DNA of 64,000 nucleotides from Eledone cirrhosa (Eukaryota), in NCBI GenBank assembly GCA_964016885.1, contig OZ024740.1, positions 178,870,001 to 178,934,000 of the forward strand, read 5' to 3'. Positions 1 to 13,088 of this stretch are shown here, one piece after another. Under the pieces are notes generated by a model. It worked only from the letters and a program-made list of their open reading frames with translations. It did not search any database and was not told where the DNA came from. Each line of letters begins with the position of its first letter. The first letter of the stretch is position 1. Position numbers and translations under genes: made by a program.

Positions 1-788
1 TCATTATTCAATGCACAATTAGTGTATTCATATACGGAAACATATAAAACAAGTAATGATATTTCCATGATGCAAGTGTATCTCGTCCCGGTTTCGATGC
101 TACAATATGGCCTCTTGGCGACGTATCTATTATCATAACATTGAGTTAACACAAGGTTTTTGTTTGAAATTGGGCAGATGGAAACAAATGAGGAAGCTTA
201 ACAGGTTGATTAAATCCGTAGAACATTTCAGACATTGTTTTGGATTAGCTGTGCCTCAGGATTACGTTTATGTTACATATATCTGTGGAATACTCAGCCA
301 CACACGTGATAACTCGATGAGTAACCAATTTATTTGATCGATCAACATAAGTATACAGAGTTGAAACCGACGATGACTTATTTATTGTGTATTCTAAAAT
401 GAAAGAATTAGAAGAAACTGGAGTCGAGAAAGACAGTTATAATTCAGATTATTTTTAATTGTAAACTCATACAGATTAACATATAATTTAATGAGTATGT
501 AAGAACGAAGAAAGGGGAAAATTGATTAGATGTCTGAAACCCCATTTTCGCAGGTCAGTTTTATCATATGACCAGTGAGCGGAGTCTATCTATTTTTCAC
601 ATCTAATATGCAGTATATATACAGACATTAACAACTTACAGACGTGAATCCTGTTTGGTTGAGATGTTTGAAGATAGAAATGCAATGTAGTGGAATTGGA
701 ATTGTGAAAGCAATTTCGTATAATATATTGTATCAATTATAAATGTTTGCATCACACTAGCTTACGTTAACCGTTTCCCTGGAAATTT

Positions 789-852
789 AGAAGAAGAAGA
801 AGAAGAAGAAGAAGAAGAAGAAGAAGAAGAAGAAGAAGAAGAAGAAGAAGAA
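789..852. repeat. (GAA)n microsatellite
   Basis: Direct reading; further (GAA/TTC)n tracts at ~5906-6018 and 54195-54240. Confidence 0.95.
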
Positions 853-1026
853 GGTCTATGCTATTAGAAGAACACTAGAGTTAGTTAACTTAATATTAAT
901 TATATCAATTATAGTTGTAATAATCGATGCACACCATCTCGATCAACAGAGTTGCGCAATATTGATCACTTCCGATATTGAACTCAGTGCTTTCTTTTCT
1001 TCTCAATAACAAAATGATATAACCAG

Positions 1027-1084
<58 letters not shown>

Positions 1085-1087
<3 letters not shown>

Positions 1088-1225
1088 AAAAAGTTAGGAT
1101 CCCGGCAGCTGAGCTCCGGCCGTTTCGACAGCGAGATCCGAACTATTACCCAATCTACTACCCAAAGTATTGAGTACTCTGGTGCGTTATGGTCCACCTG
1201 GTTCCTTACCACACTTTCTTTGTTA
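1085..1225 (+). mobile_element. Remnant of foldback+tail mini-element family A, single arm plus tail
   Basis: Shares 'tattaccca.tctacta..ccaagtattgagtact.tggtgcgttatggtcca' with 21712-21900 and partly with 1620-1766; flanked by (TA)n and (CA)n. Confidence 0.7.
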
Positions 1226-1233
1226 TACACACA

Positions 1234-1276
<43 letters not shown>

Positions 1277-1285
1277 GCAGACACA

Positions 1286-1323
<38 letters not shown>

Positions 1324-1619
1324 AACACATATATATATATATATATATACATATATGGGGGTGTAGGTGTGTGTATATGTGTGTGTGTATGTATGTGTGT
1401 GTACATGTGTGAGTTTTGGTTTCAATCGGCGGAAACCACAGCAAGGTAATCAATACATTAGCAGATTATAAACATCATGTTTAATATAGAAATGGATTCT
1501 AGAGAACTGGAAAAATTTCAAAAAATAAAAATTACTAGGAAAGCTTTCGTGATTTCTTTCGAACGAAACAGTTCTAGTCCTGTAAACGTCTCCTATATTA
1601 AACATGATATATATATATA

Positions 1620-1763
1620 GGAAAATGTTTAACCCCGACGGCAGAGCTCAAGCCGTTTCGACGGCTATTTCTGGACCTTAGCTCTGCCGTCGGGGTTAAA
1701 CATTTTCCTATTACCCACTCTACTGCGTTTTGGTCCATCTGGTCCCTTACCACAGTTCCATCG

Positions 1764-1766
<3 letters not shown>
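1620..1766 (+). mobile_element. Foldback+tail mini-element family A (probable PLE pLTR derivative)
   Basis: Inverted arms ggaaaatgtttaaccccgacggcagagct / agctctgccgtcggggttaaacattttcc plus a ~55-nt unpaired tail, with (TA)n on both sides. Confidence 0.75.
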
Positions 1767-2642
<876 letters not shown>

Positions 2643-2649
2643 CATATAC

Positions 2650-2681
<32 letters not shown>

Positions 2682-2690
2682 GTATGTATG

Positions 2691-2733
<43 letters not shown>

Positions 2734-2742
2734 GTATATATG

Positions 2743-2785
<43 letters not shown>

Positions 2786-2892
2786 GTATATGTATATGTA
2801 TATATACATATGTATATGTATAAGTATATGTATATATATAAATATATATATATGTATACATATACATATACATATATATATATATATATATA

Positions 2893-3327
2893 GTGTTATA
2901 CTTTGGGAGGGTCATGTTGCCAATAAGAAACACACGCACCAGTTGCTTTCACTTCAATTTATTATATATTTATAAATTTATAAATTTATAAATTTCTGGT
3001 TGGTTGGTTGGTTCCACAACCAGATAGTTGTTTATATATAGTCATAGTTCTTTCGTCACACACTCTGTGACCTCTTCAGTGACTGGGGATTCCTTTCTTT
3101 GTTTCTGTGACGAAAGAACTATGACTATATATAAACAAATTTCTGGTTGTGGAACCAACCAACCAACCAGAAATTTATAAATTTATAAATTTATAAATAT
3201 ATAATAAATTGAAGTGAAACAACTGGTGCGTGTGTTTCTTATTGGCAACATGACCCTCCCAAAGTATAACAATATCGGTTTCAACACACGATTTCAGATA
3301 AAGAATCTTGCTAAACAAATTCAGAAA

Positions 3328-3330
<3 letters not shown>
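2893..3330 (+). mobile_element. Foldback+tail mini-element family C (PLE pLTR derivative)
   Basis: ~165-bp inverted arms plus a tail, in (TA)n. The same sequence brackets the GIY-YIG ORF at 33091-34062. Confidence 0.85.
3040..3084 (-). ncRNA. Minimal type I hammerhead ribozyme
   Basis: Minus strand: AGTCA CTGAAGA G GTCACA-gagtg-TGTGAC GAAA GAAC TA TGACT (stem I, core, stem II, GAAA, minimal stem III, CUA triplet). Confidence 0.8.
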
Positions 3331-3363
<33 letters not shown>

Positions 3364-3368
<5 letters not shown>

Positions 3369-3722
3369 GAAGTGTGTAAAGAATTATTACAAGTGATTTT
3401 ACCGTTACTGTACAGGGAACAATATCAGCAAAATATAGTTATAAGGTTTGTGATTTAAAATTCCAATCCAGAGATTTGATTCTGATCTGGTTTTTTTTCT
3501 ATTTAATTGCTTACCTGTAGCTATTGTTCTCTGTACAGTTACGGTAAAATCACTTGTAATAATTCTTTACACACTTCTCACTGTGTAACACATTTCTCTT
3601 TGTGTAATATATACTTGCATTTGAGCTCGGAAGGAAATTCTCTATTCTTCTTTGAACTAATAATACTATTATTATTATTATTATTACAGTGAACTGCGGA
3701 ATACTCTTAATTCCGATTTTTG
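3364..3722 (+). mobile_element. Foldback+tail mini-element family D
   Basis: Inverted arms ~3364-3423 / ~3523-3583 (agtgagaagtgtgtaaagaattattacaagtgattttaccgt...) plus a tail, (TA)n flanks. Confidence 0.65.
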
Positions 3723-3790
<68 letters not shown>

Positions 3791-3842
3791 TATACATATA
3801 TATAATATATATATATACATATACATATACATATATATAATA

Positions 3843-3928
<86 letters not shown>

Positions 3929-3995
3929 CATATACATATATATATATACATATACATATATATATATATATGTATATGTATATATATATATATGT

Positions 3996-4037
<42 letters not shown>

Positions 4038-4070
4038 ATATATGTATATGTATATATACATATGTATATG

Positions 4071-4101
<31 letters not shown>

Positions 4102-4112
4102 ACATATATATA

Positions 4113-4145
<33 letters not shown>

Positions 4146-4199
4146 ACACATATATATATATATATATACATATGTATATGTATATGTATATGTATATAT

Positions 4200-4240
<41 letters not shown>

Positions 4241-4243
<3 letters not shown>

Positions 4244-5237
4244 CTTCTTTATGCCTACGAGATCTGGGTCACATATCGACACCACCTTAAGCAATTGGAG
4301 CGTTTCCATCAGATGTGTCTCAGACGGATCCATGGCGTTCGCTGGAGGGACCACATCAGTGACGTCGAGATTTTGGAAAGCTCTATGTGTGACAGTATAG
4401 AAGCTCTTGTGCTTAAGCAACGACTCCGTTGGAGTGGTCACCTTGCCAGGATGAAGGATTCTAGAATAGCAAAACAACTCTTTTATGGAGAGTTAGTTAA
4501 AGGAAAACGACCGCCACATAAACCAAAAAAGATGTATAAGGATTCCTTGAAAGCCTCTCTGAAAGACGCTTAGATCTCTGCTGATACATGGGAGAATATT
4601 GCTGCTGATCGTAATAAATGGAGAAAGACTGTACATGAGGGAAAAGTTGCCTTTGAGGCATCTCGAATCGCATACGAGAAAGTAAAGCGGGACGTGAGGA
4701 AGGGCATTGCTGTTGCACTTCCAGACGGCGAGGGTCCTCCTATGGTGCTGACATGCAGCGTCTGTGCGAGACTCTGCCTAAGCAAAGCTGGACTCGAAAG
4801 TCATCTTCGCAGTCATAAAGTAAGACCAGTGGTTGACTACCAGGCTGTTGTTGGAGATGCTACTCATCATGCTTGCCAAACATGTGGTAGAGAATGTAAA
4901 TCAGCAGGAGGGCTCAAGCGACATGCAAAAGTACACGAACTCCAACCACAGCCGACTATTCCCAGTGAATGTTTTGGTTGCCGACTCTGTGCAAGACAAT
5001 TTAGATCATTGGCTGGGCTAAAAAGCCACATTCGATCGCAGCGCTCTTAATTGCTATCGTGTTTGTGTGTGTATAGATATGTTTGTGTGTGTGCGTGTGT
5101 GTGTGTATATATATGTATATTATTATTGTTGTTGTTGTCGTTATTATTATTGTTGTTATTATTATTATTATTGTTATTATTTTTTTTTTTTCCTCCTTGC
5201 AATGGCCATACTCGATAATGAGGGGACAGCCATCATA
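4241..5237 (+). mobile_element. 5'-truncated RTE-clade LINE, 3' part of the ORF with three C2H2 zinc fingers
   Basis: [39 protein letters not shown] is the typical RTE post-RT region. In-frame TAG at 4571-4573. Then CxxC..HLRSH, CxxC..HAKVH and CxxC..HIRSQ. RTE-type 3' end tggccatactcg...cagccatc at ~5204-5236. Confidence 0.88.
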
Positions 5238-5309
5238 TATATATATATACATATACATGTACATTTATATATGTGTACACATGCACGCACACATGCACAC
5301 ATACACACA

Positions 5310-5484
5310 CCCTATGAGCCAGTACTGTCAAAACCTTCACCCTCTGTGCGCGTCCAGTTATTGGCCGCTGGTTGTCTATGTCATCATAAATACTGACAAC
5401 AGGTATCATATCGCTGTCCCATGTCAGCTACACTTCAATGAATTACTGCTGTATTTGGTGGTCCACACATCCACGCGCGCACTC
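5310..5484. mobile_element. Single arm of the palindromic MITE-like family at 20738-21358
   Basis: Close similarity to 21198-21358 and to the reverse complement of 20738-20910. Confidence 0.75.
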
Positions 5485-5561
5485 ACACACACACACACAC
5501 ACACAGACACACACAGACACACACAGACACACACACACACACATATATGTATATATTTTTG

Positions 5562-5740
5562 TGAAGGCGTGTGGCTGAGTGGTTAGAGAATTGGATTCGC
5601 AATCGTGAGGTTGTGAGTTCGATTCCCGGACCGGGCGATGCCTTATGCTCCTTGAGCAAGACACTTTATTTCACGTTGCTCCTTCTACTTGGAGTTGCGA
5701 CCGATATATACTATTAGCAATTCAATTAGAAAGCCCAACG
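5562..5740 (+). mobile_element. tRNA-derived SINE with CORE-like domain
   Basis: A-box-like tggctgagtgg, B-box gttcgattcc, CORE-like ccttgagcaagacacttta; reverse-strand copy at ~8790-8960. Confidence 0.8.
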
Positions 5741-5781
5741 ATATATATACAATCATAAATCTACTTAAAGTTACATATACA

Positions 5782-5857
<76 letters not shown>

Positions 5858-6642
5858 GTGTTTTTTTGTGTGTGTGTGCGTGTGTGGCTTCTGGCATACG
5901 TGGGTGAAGAAGAAGAAGAAGAAGAAGAAGAAGAAGAAGAAGAAGAAGAAGAAGAAGAAGAAGAAGAAGAAGAAGAAGAAAAAGAAGAAGAAGAAGAAGA
6001 AGAAAAAGAAGAAGAAGACATGTATGTATAGGCATATATATATATATAAGCATGTGTATATATAAAGACGGATATGTGTGTATGTGTGTGTGCGTCTGTG
6101 GACTGAGCAAGAGAGTGTGAGAGTGACGAGCAAGAGGATATGATAACATAAATACAATGCAAAGATGACCTTAAGATCAAATCAGTATATAATGAAATAA
6201 CCTGATACGAATGTATTCATGAGAAGTGCTGGAAGAATTAGATGTATCATTTACAGATTGAACAAAGCTTTTGTCCTTCTAATAAATGCAATATCAATTT
6301 TGTTCCGAATCTTGATTGTAATTCCGCCTGTATTAATTCCTATGTTCAGATCTCTTTTATCCTCCGCTTGTTTTTGTGTCCATTAACAAGTTTCCGATGA
6401 CTCTATACTACATTGTCTATATTTTATTAATGTGCCCAGATGCACAAATCTCTCACAAGCAATTAAACCATCAACCAATGAACAGCCATATTTCTCTCAT
6501 TGTTTTATTCATTCGTTCCCGCTCTCCTTCTAAATATACATAAATATACATACATACATACATACATACACACATACATACATACATACATACATACATA
6601 CATACATACATACATACATACATACATACATACATACATACA

Positions 6643-7536
6643 TCAATTTACAGAAAAAGTTGTGCATGGATACTGACCAATTTACAGAAAAAGTTGTGCA
6701 TGGATACTTGAGGCGTAAAACACAGACCATAGAGGGGATAAACCACTCAAAAAGCCTGGCATGGAGTTCCGACAAGTTTATGACATCACACCTTGAGGGA
6801 TATCTCTATGCAATACAGGAACAAGAACTCCCTACCAAATATCTGCTGCACAAAAGAGGAGGGCCAGCAGCTGACAATAAATGTAGGCTATGTAAAACAA
6901 AGATCGAGGATGTAAGCCACATTGTTGCCAGCTGCGAAAGAATGTCATCTCGCTACTACCTCCCCATGAGACACGATGGGATAGCTAGAACCATCTGAAA
7001 CGCACTTCGGAAAACAAAATTAACAACAAACGAGGAAGAATATATTGAGACAGATGGCACTAAGGAATACTGGTGGAACCTGAAAATAAAAACTGCCACC
7101 AAATTAAAGCACAACCGGCCTGATATTGTTATTTGGGACCACACATTGAAAACGTGTTCTGTTGTGGAGGTCAGCTGCCCACTTGATGTAAACGTTGTCA
7201 GAAAAATACAGGAGAAGGAGGACATCTACGGACCATTGATGAGGAGTTTACAAATCCAGTATCCAAGATACACCTTTAGCTTCATACCCATCATTATTGG
7301 AGCTACGGGTTATATACCAACCCGCTTGGACCAAAGTATGACTGAACTTGGATTTGCGGACAAAAAGCGCAGCTCCGTAATTCATAGTCTACAAATGGCT
7401 GCGATGGCTGGCACCTTCAAAATTTGTAAAACATTCTTTCGATTCAAGGGATGACAATTTCTTTTCTTTTACAACTTTGCGACCAGGAAGGTGGCCGGTC
7501 AAAAAAAATATACTCGAAATTAAGAGAAAGAGATAA
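6643..7536 (+). mobile_element. 5'-truncated R4/Dong-like RLE non-LTR retrotransposon in (TACA)n
   Basis: AIQEQE, CCHC knuckle CRLC..EDVSHIVASC, RHD, KHNRPDIVIWD..VVEVSCP (RLE); (TACA)n on both sides. Confidence 0.88.
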
Positions 7537-7550
7537 CATACATACATACA

Positions 7551-8158
7551 TGGTGGCTGCCAACTCGTCTTCGAGTACGGCCACTACTTTATATCCATGT
7601 AGGAGAACCCCTACCGATACGCTGAACGAGTGTGACTTTTTAGTCCAGCCAGCGACTTGAAAACTCTCGTACAAACACTACACTTGTGACAATTATTGAC
7701 ACATAGTGCTGGGCCCATGGTACCATGTGAGGACAAGTGCAGAGAGATCTCCAGATATAAAGCAATGCCTGTGCCGTGAAGCTTTTATTATGAGCAAAGG
7801 CACTGCACAAAGCCAGTCCCACTCTCTTAACCAAGATGATATTTACCAAAAAGAAGAACAAGTCAACATCATTGGATACCATCAGGGTTGCAGGTGTTAT
7901 ATCAGAGTTTTCCTTCTCCTAGAATTCTGCCTTGACAAAGGCTAAGGGGTCATCTCTACCTGTGATTTTGGATGGCCATTGACTCTTAAGAGCTCCTTTG
8001 CCCTTTGACAGGTTTTGTTTTAGTGCTGCAGGATGTCCAAAGTCACCCTCCTCACCAAGAAACCTTGATGGGGTTGCCAGTTTAGTCGCCAACGACCCGA
8101 CCAAGAGACAGGTTGCACTGGGATACATGTTACCAGTAGCACCAACTGGTGACCTGAC
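7551..8158 (-). mobile_element. Non-autonomous bipartite RTE derivative (~605 bp), copy 1
   Basis: Minus strand has RTE 5'UTR-like ctaggagaaggaaaactctga and RTE-like 3' end tggccgtactcg..gagttggcagccacca followed by (TATG)n; near-identical to 22192-22797 and 22832-23440. Confidence 0.75.
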
Positions 8159-8243
8159 ATACATACATACATACATACATACATACATACATACATACAT
8201 ACATACATACATACATACATACATACATACATACATACATACA

Positions 8244-8505
8244 TTTTAGCTTCATACCCATTATTATTGGAGCTACGGGTTATATACCAACCCACTTGGA
8301 CCAAAGTATGACTGAACTTGGATTTGCGGACAAAAAGCGCAGCTTCCTAATTCATAGTCTACAAATGGCTGCGATAGCTGTCACCTTCAAAATTTGCAAA
8401 ACATTCTTGCGATTCAAGGGATGACAATTTCTTTTCTTTTACAACCTTGCCACCAGGAAGGTGGCCGGTCCAAAAAAAATACTCGAAATTAAGAGAAAGA
8501 GATAA
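8244..8505 (+). mobile_element. Second short 3' fragment of the R4/Dong-like element at 6643-7536
   Basis: Near-identical to 7275-7536; (TACA)n flanks. Confidence 0.88.
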
Positions 8506-8789
8506 CATACATACATACATGCATGCATGCATGCATACATACATACATACATACATACATACATACATACATACATACATACATACATACATACATACAT
8601 ACATACATACATACATACATACATACATACATACATACATACATACATACATACATACATACATACATACATACATACATACATACATACATACTGTGGT
8701 TACGCCGGATTGAACACGGGATAAACTTATATATATATATCGACAGTCGATCGACTTTCGTCAAATCGGACCGAGGAAACAATGTCTCC

Positions 8790-8960
8790 ATTGGTCTTTC
8801 CAATTGCTAATACTATCTATCGGTCGCAACTCCAGGTAGAAGGAGCAACGTGAAATAAAGTGTCTTGCTCAAGGACATAACGCATCGCCCGGTTCGGGAA
8901 TCGAACTCACGACCTCACGATTGTGAATCCAATTCTCTAACCACTCATCTACGCGCCTTC
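8790..8960 (-). mobile_element. tRNA-derived CORE-like SINE (family of 5562-5740)
   Basis: Reverse-complement match including gggaatcgaactc (B box) and gtgtcttgctcaagga. Confidence 0.8.
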
Positions 8961-9020
8961 ATGTATGTATATAATAGTTTATCCCGGGTTGAATCGGGGG
9001 TGACCACAGTAAGTAAGGTA

Positions 9021-9102
<82 letters not shown>

Positions 9103-9110
<8 letters not shown>

Positions 9111-9867
9111 ATTTAGAGTTTACACTCAATGGGGTCATTTACAATTATTTCAGCTCTAAGAATCATTTCTGAGCAGTATAAATCAATATATGATAAGCAC
9201 TTACGTGTTTTTGTTGTAATTGACAATAAAATAGCTAGAATGAAATATCTTAATTCAAATACATATAGTCTGCCTGTGTCGATCTAAAAAATAATAAATC
9301 AATACTCACAAACACATATCGGCAAAAGGCCTTGGTACCTAGACACGTTTAAATTTCAAAATACAAACTTTTTCCGCAGATCAGTCCGAACTTCAAAATT
9401 TAAACATGTTTCACAAAGGATGGTATAATAGTGAAATAATTAATTAATTAGTAGTGAGATAATTAACTATCTGTGTTTATCAATAGGTACCCAGATAAAT
9501 TAAGTAACTTCACCTCGGAAAAATATCTACGGTCTGGTTACGTAGCAAAAATACACGAGGTTTTGCACACGAATTATTCCAGTCCTCTAGCCTCCCATAC
9601 TCATAGTGCTAGAAATAACAGCCGTTTATATGGGATTACAAATTCAGCTCAACTGAGGGAGCAGTAATATAATATAATTTAGAGTTTACACTCAATGGGG
9701 TCATTTACAATTATTTCAGCTCTAAGAATCATTTCTGAGCAGTATAAATTAATATATGATAAGGACTTACGTGTTTTTGTTGTAATTGACAATAAAATAG
9801 CTAGAATGAAATATCTTAATTCAAATACATATAGTCTGCCTGTGTCGATCTAAAAAATAATAAATCA
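9103..9867. repeat. ~200-bp near-identical direct repeats (9103-9301, 9668-9867) around a ~365-bp spacer
   Basis: Direct comparison shows only about two substitutions. Confidence 0.9.
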
Positions 9868-10172
9868 GGGGATTTATTAGATATTAAGTCATCAGTTTGC
9901 CTAAGTCAGCAATCACCATTTTGCCAATCAAATGCAATTAATGTCATCAATCTTTTGTACATAAATTGTCAGTTCATTTAAGTTGTCACGTTTTTTTGTC
10001 CCTTTAGTGGGTTAATTCTACTGTATTACTTTAAAAATTGACATTAAAAATATATTGAAATTAATAGTAAAAATTAATGAGGTAAATTTTGCATAAATTG
10101 TCATCATATTAAAATTATTAATCTAATTTCATTTTAAAAAAAGTTAAGCCAAATTTTGTCGAAATCGAATTA

Positions 10173-10291
10173 TAGTTGACTCTCCCTAATTGTCAGCGCC
10201 ATTTTTGGCCCAACTTTTATTTTTTGTGACTCTCCCTAATTGTCAGTCATTTTTACAGTTCCTTTGAGTGACAATTAGAGATAGTCAACTG
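10173..10291. mobile_element. ~120-bp Tc1/mariner(pogo)-type MITE
   Basis: TA-tagttgactctccctaattgtca ... tgacaattagagatagtcaactg-TA (TIRs with TA TSD), plus an internal direct copy of the TIR. Confidence 0.7.
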
Positions 10292-11211
10292 TATTTCAAA
10301 AAGAAAATTTAGTGATCAAGTGCGATATCATTCTGATTGATAATCTGGATTACTGTTCCTTTCTTATGAGGAAAGCAGAGACTATCCTTTAGAGATTAGC
10401 ACCAAAGATTAACTAGGCCATTTCTAATGAATCAAGGTGTTTCTAGATCGTTTCTAATTATTTAATTAATAATTAAGGTAAAAAATTATTTTGGTTGTCT
10501 TTAGGTCATTCTTGTGTTATTCTAAATCTATCCATGAAAGAGCTAGGAATGACCATTCCACATGCCAGTGCCGAAACGCTGGCACAGAAATGCCTGCACC
10601 GAAACGTCTTGTTCCATACCATCTTAACAACCTTCACCTCCTTGTGATTAAGTGTGATGTCATATGCTTATTATTGTACATTTAATTCATCAAATTCAAA
10701 TTTCAGCTTCAATATTCTAAGAGTTAATTCCACTTGTCCTGTACTTTTCCAGGTTTATTATTGGTTAAGAATATTAATACACATGCGCCCGCATTTTTCG
10801 GTCTAGTCTCCCTTTTTTAAAGGCATTGCAGCAAATTACTTGATTTAAATTACCTTGACCATTTGCTAAGGCATTTACAATCCTTTTTTCATCAATAAAA
10901 ATTAATTTTTCATTTCAATATTTCTATAAAATCCAAAATATTAAAATTGAAAAGGTATTTTGTAGAATATAATCAATAGAGACATTTGCCTTTTCTGAAC
11001 ACCCTTACTACAAACCTTCAGGTGTGCCCATGGAGACATAATTGACTATACTCTAATGATCAATTTAGAGTTTAACTTAACAAGTGAAGTTATTAAAGAT
11101 GCTAGAAAAACAAGCAATTAAAATAACTCAGTCAAAAATAAATAAAATTAAGTAGTAAATAAATAAAATGCCAATAAACAGTGAGCTCAAATTCGACAAT
11201 AATTTGTCCAT

Positions 11212-11462
11212 AATTAGCAGTTAGTCCAAAATAAAATTAAGTAGTCCAGAATTAGCATTTAGTCCAAAATAAAATTATGTAGTCGAAAATCAGCATTTAG
11301 TCCAAAATAAGCAGCAAGTAGTCAAAAATAAAATTAAGTAGTCCAGAATCAGCATTTAGTCCAAAATAATCAGCAAGTAGTCCAAAACAAAATGAAGTAG
11401 TCCAGAATTAACAGTAGTCCTAATTATAAGTTGGTAGTCCAAGATCAATAGTCCAAAATCAA
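11212..11462. repeat. Minisatellite with ~19/38-bp unit (tagtccaaaataaaattaag / tagtccagaattagcatt)
   Basis: Direct reading. Confidence 0.85.
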
Positions 11463-11466
11463 AAAT

Positions 11467-12009
11467 CTAAATTTTTTCCATAAACAATACAACCACATTT
11501 GGTAACTTAGGAGGAAATTTATTGTGCCTTTTTTTGATAATGTTTTCACTAATTTCATCACAATTTTCAGCATCACTTTTTACCAGACAAGTACAATGGC
11601 CTGCCGTGGATGATACTCCTTCATGAAGAATAGCAGCATTTAATGTGAAATTTGTGCCATATATTTGCTGCTTTTTTTAGCTAAAGTTCATAATATCAAA
11701 ATTAATTCTTTGTTCTCCTTCATTATTAATCAAATATCTACTAATTGAGATGACAAGATATTTGAAATCGTTAGTAAATTCAATTCTTGAAGTTATTTGA
11801 TGGTCAGTATTTTCAGAACAAGTATCACAGCATTTAGTCAAAGTATTTGTTGTTGAAAGTAGAGATTTAAATTGTTGTGTGCCATTAATAGGATTTAAGA
11901 TCAAATCCTCTTTTATTTGAAATGGAAGTTCAGATTCTATACCACATCCAGGTCTTGAATTACAATTGCAAACATTGTTATTTAAAGCTTGGCAATTTGT
12001 TTGATGCAA
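11467..12009 (-). pseudogene. C-terminal half of a USP/peptidase C19-like domain, interrupted by a stop
   Basis: Reading through TAA 11677-11679 gives ...KCCDTC...KYLVISISRY...*KKQQIYGTNFTLNAAILHEGVSSTAGHCTCLVK...NVVVLFMEKI*, resembling the USP His-box (L.AxI.H.G....GH) and terminal strand. Confidence 0.65.
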
Positions 12010-12152
12010 TCGGATGCATCTAGTAAAGAGGCGCCCAATAGTATTATTAAAGTATTTATTTTATATATATATGTGTGTGTGTATTTATGTATAAAAGATA
12101 TAAAACTTACTTTGACATAGACAACTGGGTAATTTACTAGTTTATGTACACA

Positions 12153-12611
12153 AACTCAAATAAACATTATCGCTAGTTATGTCTGGTCGAAAGTGAAACT
12201 GACTAGGGTTTAGGGTTAGGGTTAGTTTATTTATTGAAAAAGAGATTGAAATTATTAGATAGAAAAAGACAGAATTAAAAGCAGAACTAGTTAAATATTA
12301 ATATAATAGTAACTGTTTGATTTGATTACCTCGTAACTACAAAATAATAGACATTCTAAAACAAATTACTGATAACAATTAAAAATGCTGCAAAAAGTAT
12401 TATCTGCACGAACAGTATTTCGCCAAATAAATTCATGCAAGCAGCTTTGGAACAGGGCGTCTGAAGTACCAAATTGTCAACGTATTTCGACCTCCAGGCA
12501 TAATTTTCTCTGTCAGAAGTAAAATTAATTTTCAAAAGTGAAACTTTTAAGCTTAACAGTAACAGTTTCACATTCGACCAGACATAACTATCGATAATGT
12601 TTATTTGAGTT
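12153..12611. mobile_element. MITE-like element with ~49-bp TIRs and internal TTAGGG repeats
   Basis: aactcaaataaacattatcgctagttatgtctggtcgaaagtgaaactg vs cagtttcacattcgaccagacataactatcgataatgtttatttgagtt; tagggtttagggttagggttag at ~12204-12225. Confidence 0.7.
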
Positions 12612-12998
12612 ACTTAAGAGAAACTACTTAGTACAGCTACGATGGATTTATACGAGAGTTATGTCCCTTAGCGTTACTCCTCATCTGATTTCGTCACTTA
12701 AAGTGACACAACTCGATTTCTATGGCACCAATCTTTTCAGTATTGCCAAATTTTCAGTATTGCCAGGTTATCATGAGTCAAAGTCAATGAGGTGCCTTAT
12801 TCATCACTACTTGACCACACATATTTTAGCGTAACTTTTTTTCTACTGACCCAAATTTCAATTTCCTTATACCAAAATGTAGCCTGGGATTCTAGTGCAA
12901 ATTTGGTTGAGAACTGAATTAGTGACAAGTCCTAGAAGTGGCTGTCGTTGGGAAAAAGTTGACCTTAAGAATATTATTCACACACTACCGTGTGTGAA

Positions 12999-13088
<90 letters not shown>

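Noticed and set aside
5562-5635. tRNA gene (also heads at 38634, 49695, 51912)
   Set aside because: A/B boxes are present but there is no acceptor stem, and SINE bodies and tails follow.
7706-7945. 79-aa ORF repeated in three copies as a small protein gene
   Set aside because: It is antisense to a recently amplified non-autonomous RTE derivative and starts at a non-ATG codon; the conservation reflects copy age.
11212-11462. Regularly spaced repeats as a CRISPR array
   Set aside because: Contiguous degenerate minisatellite with no unique spacers, no cas genes, and a eukaryotic context.
12204-12225. Telomere or interstitial telomeric array
   Set aside because: Only about three TTAGGG units, inside a TIR element.
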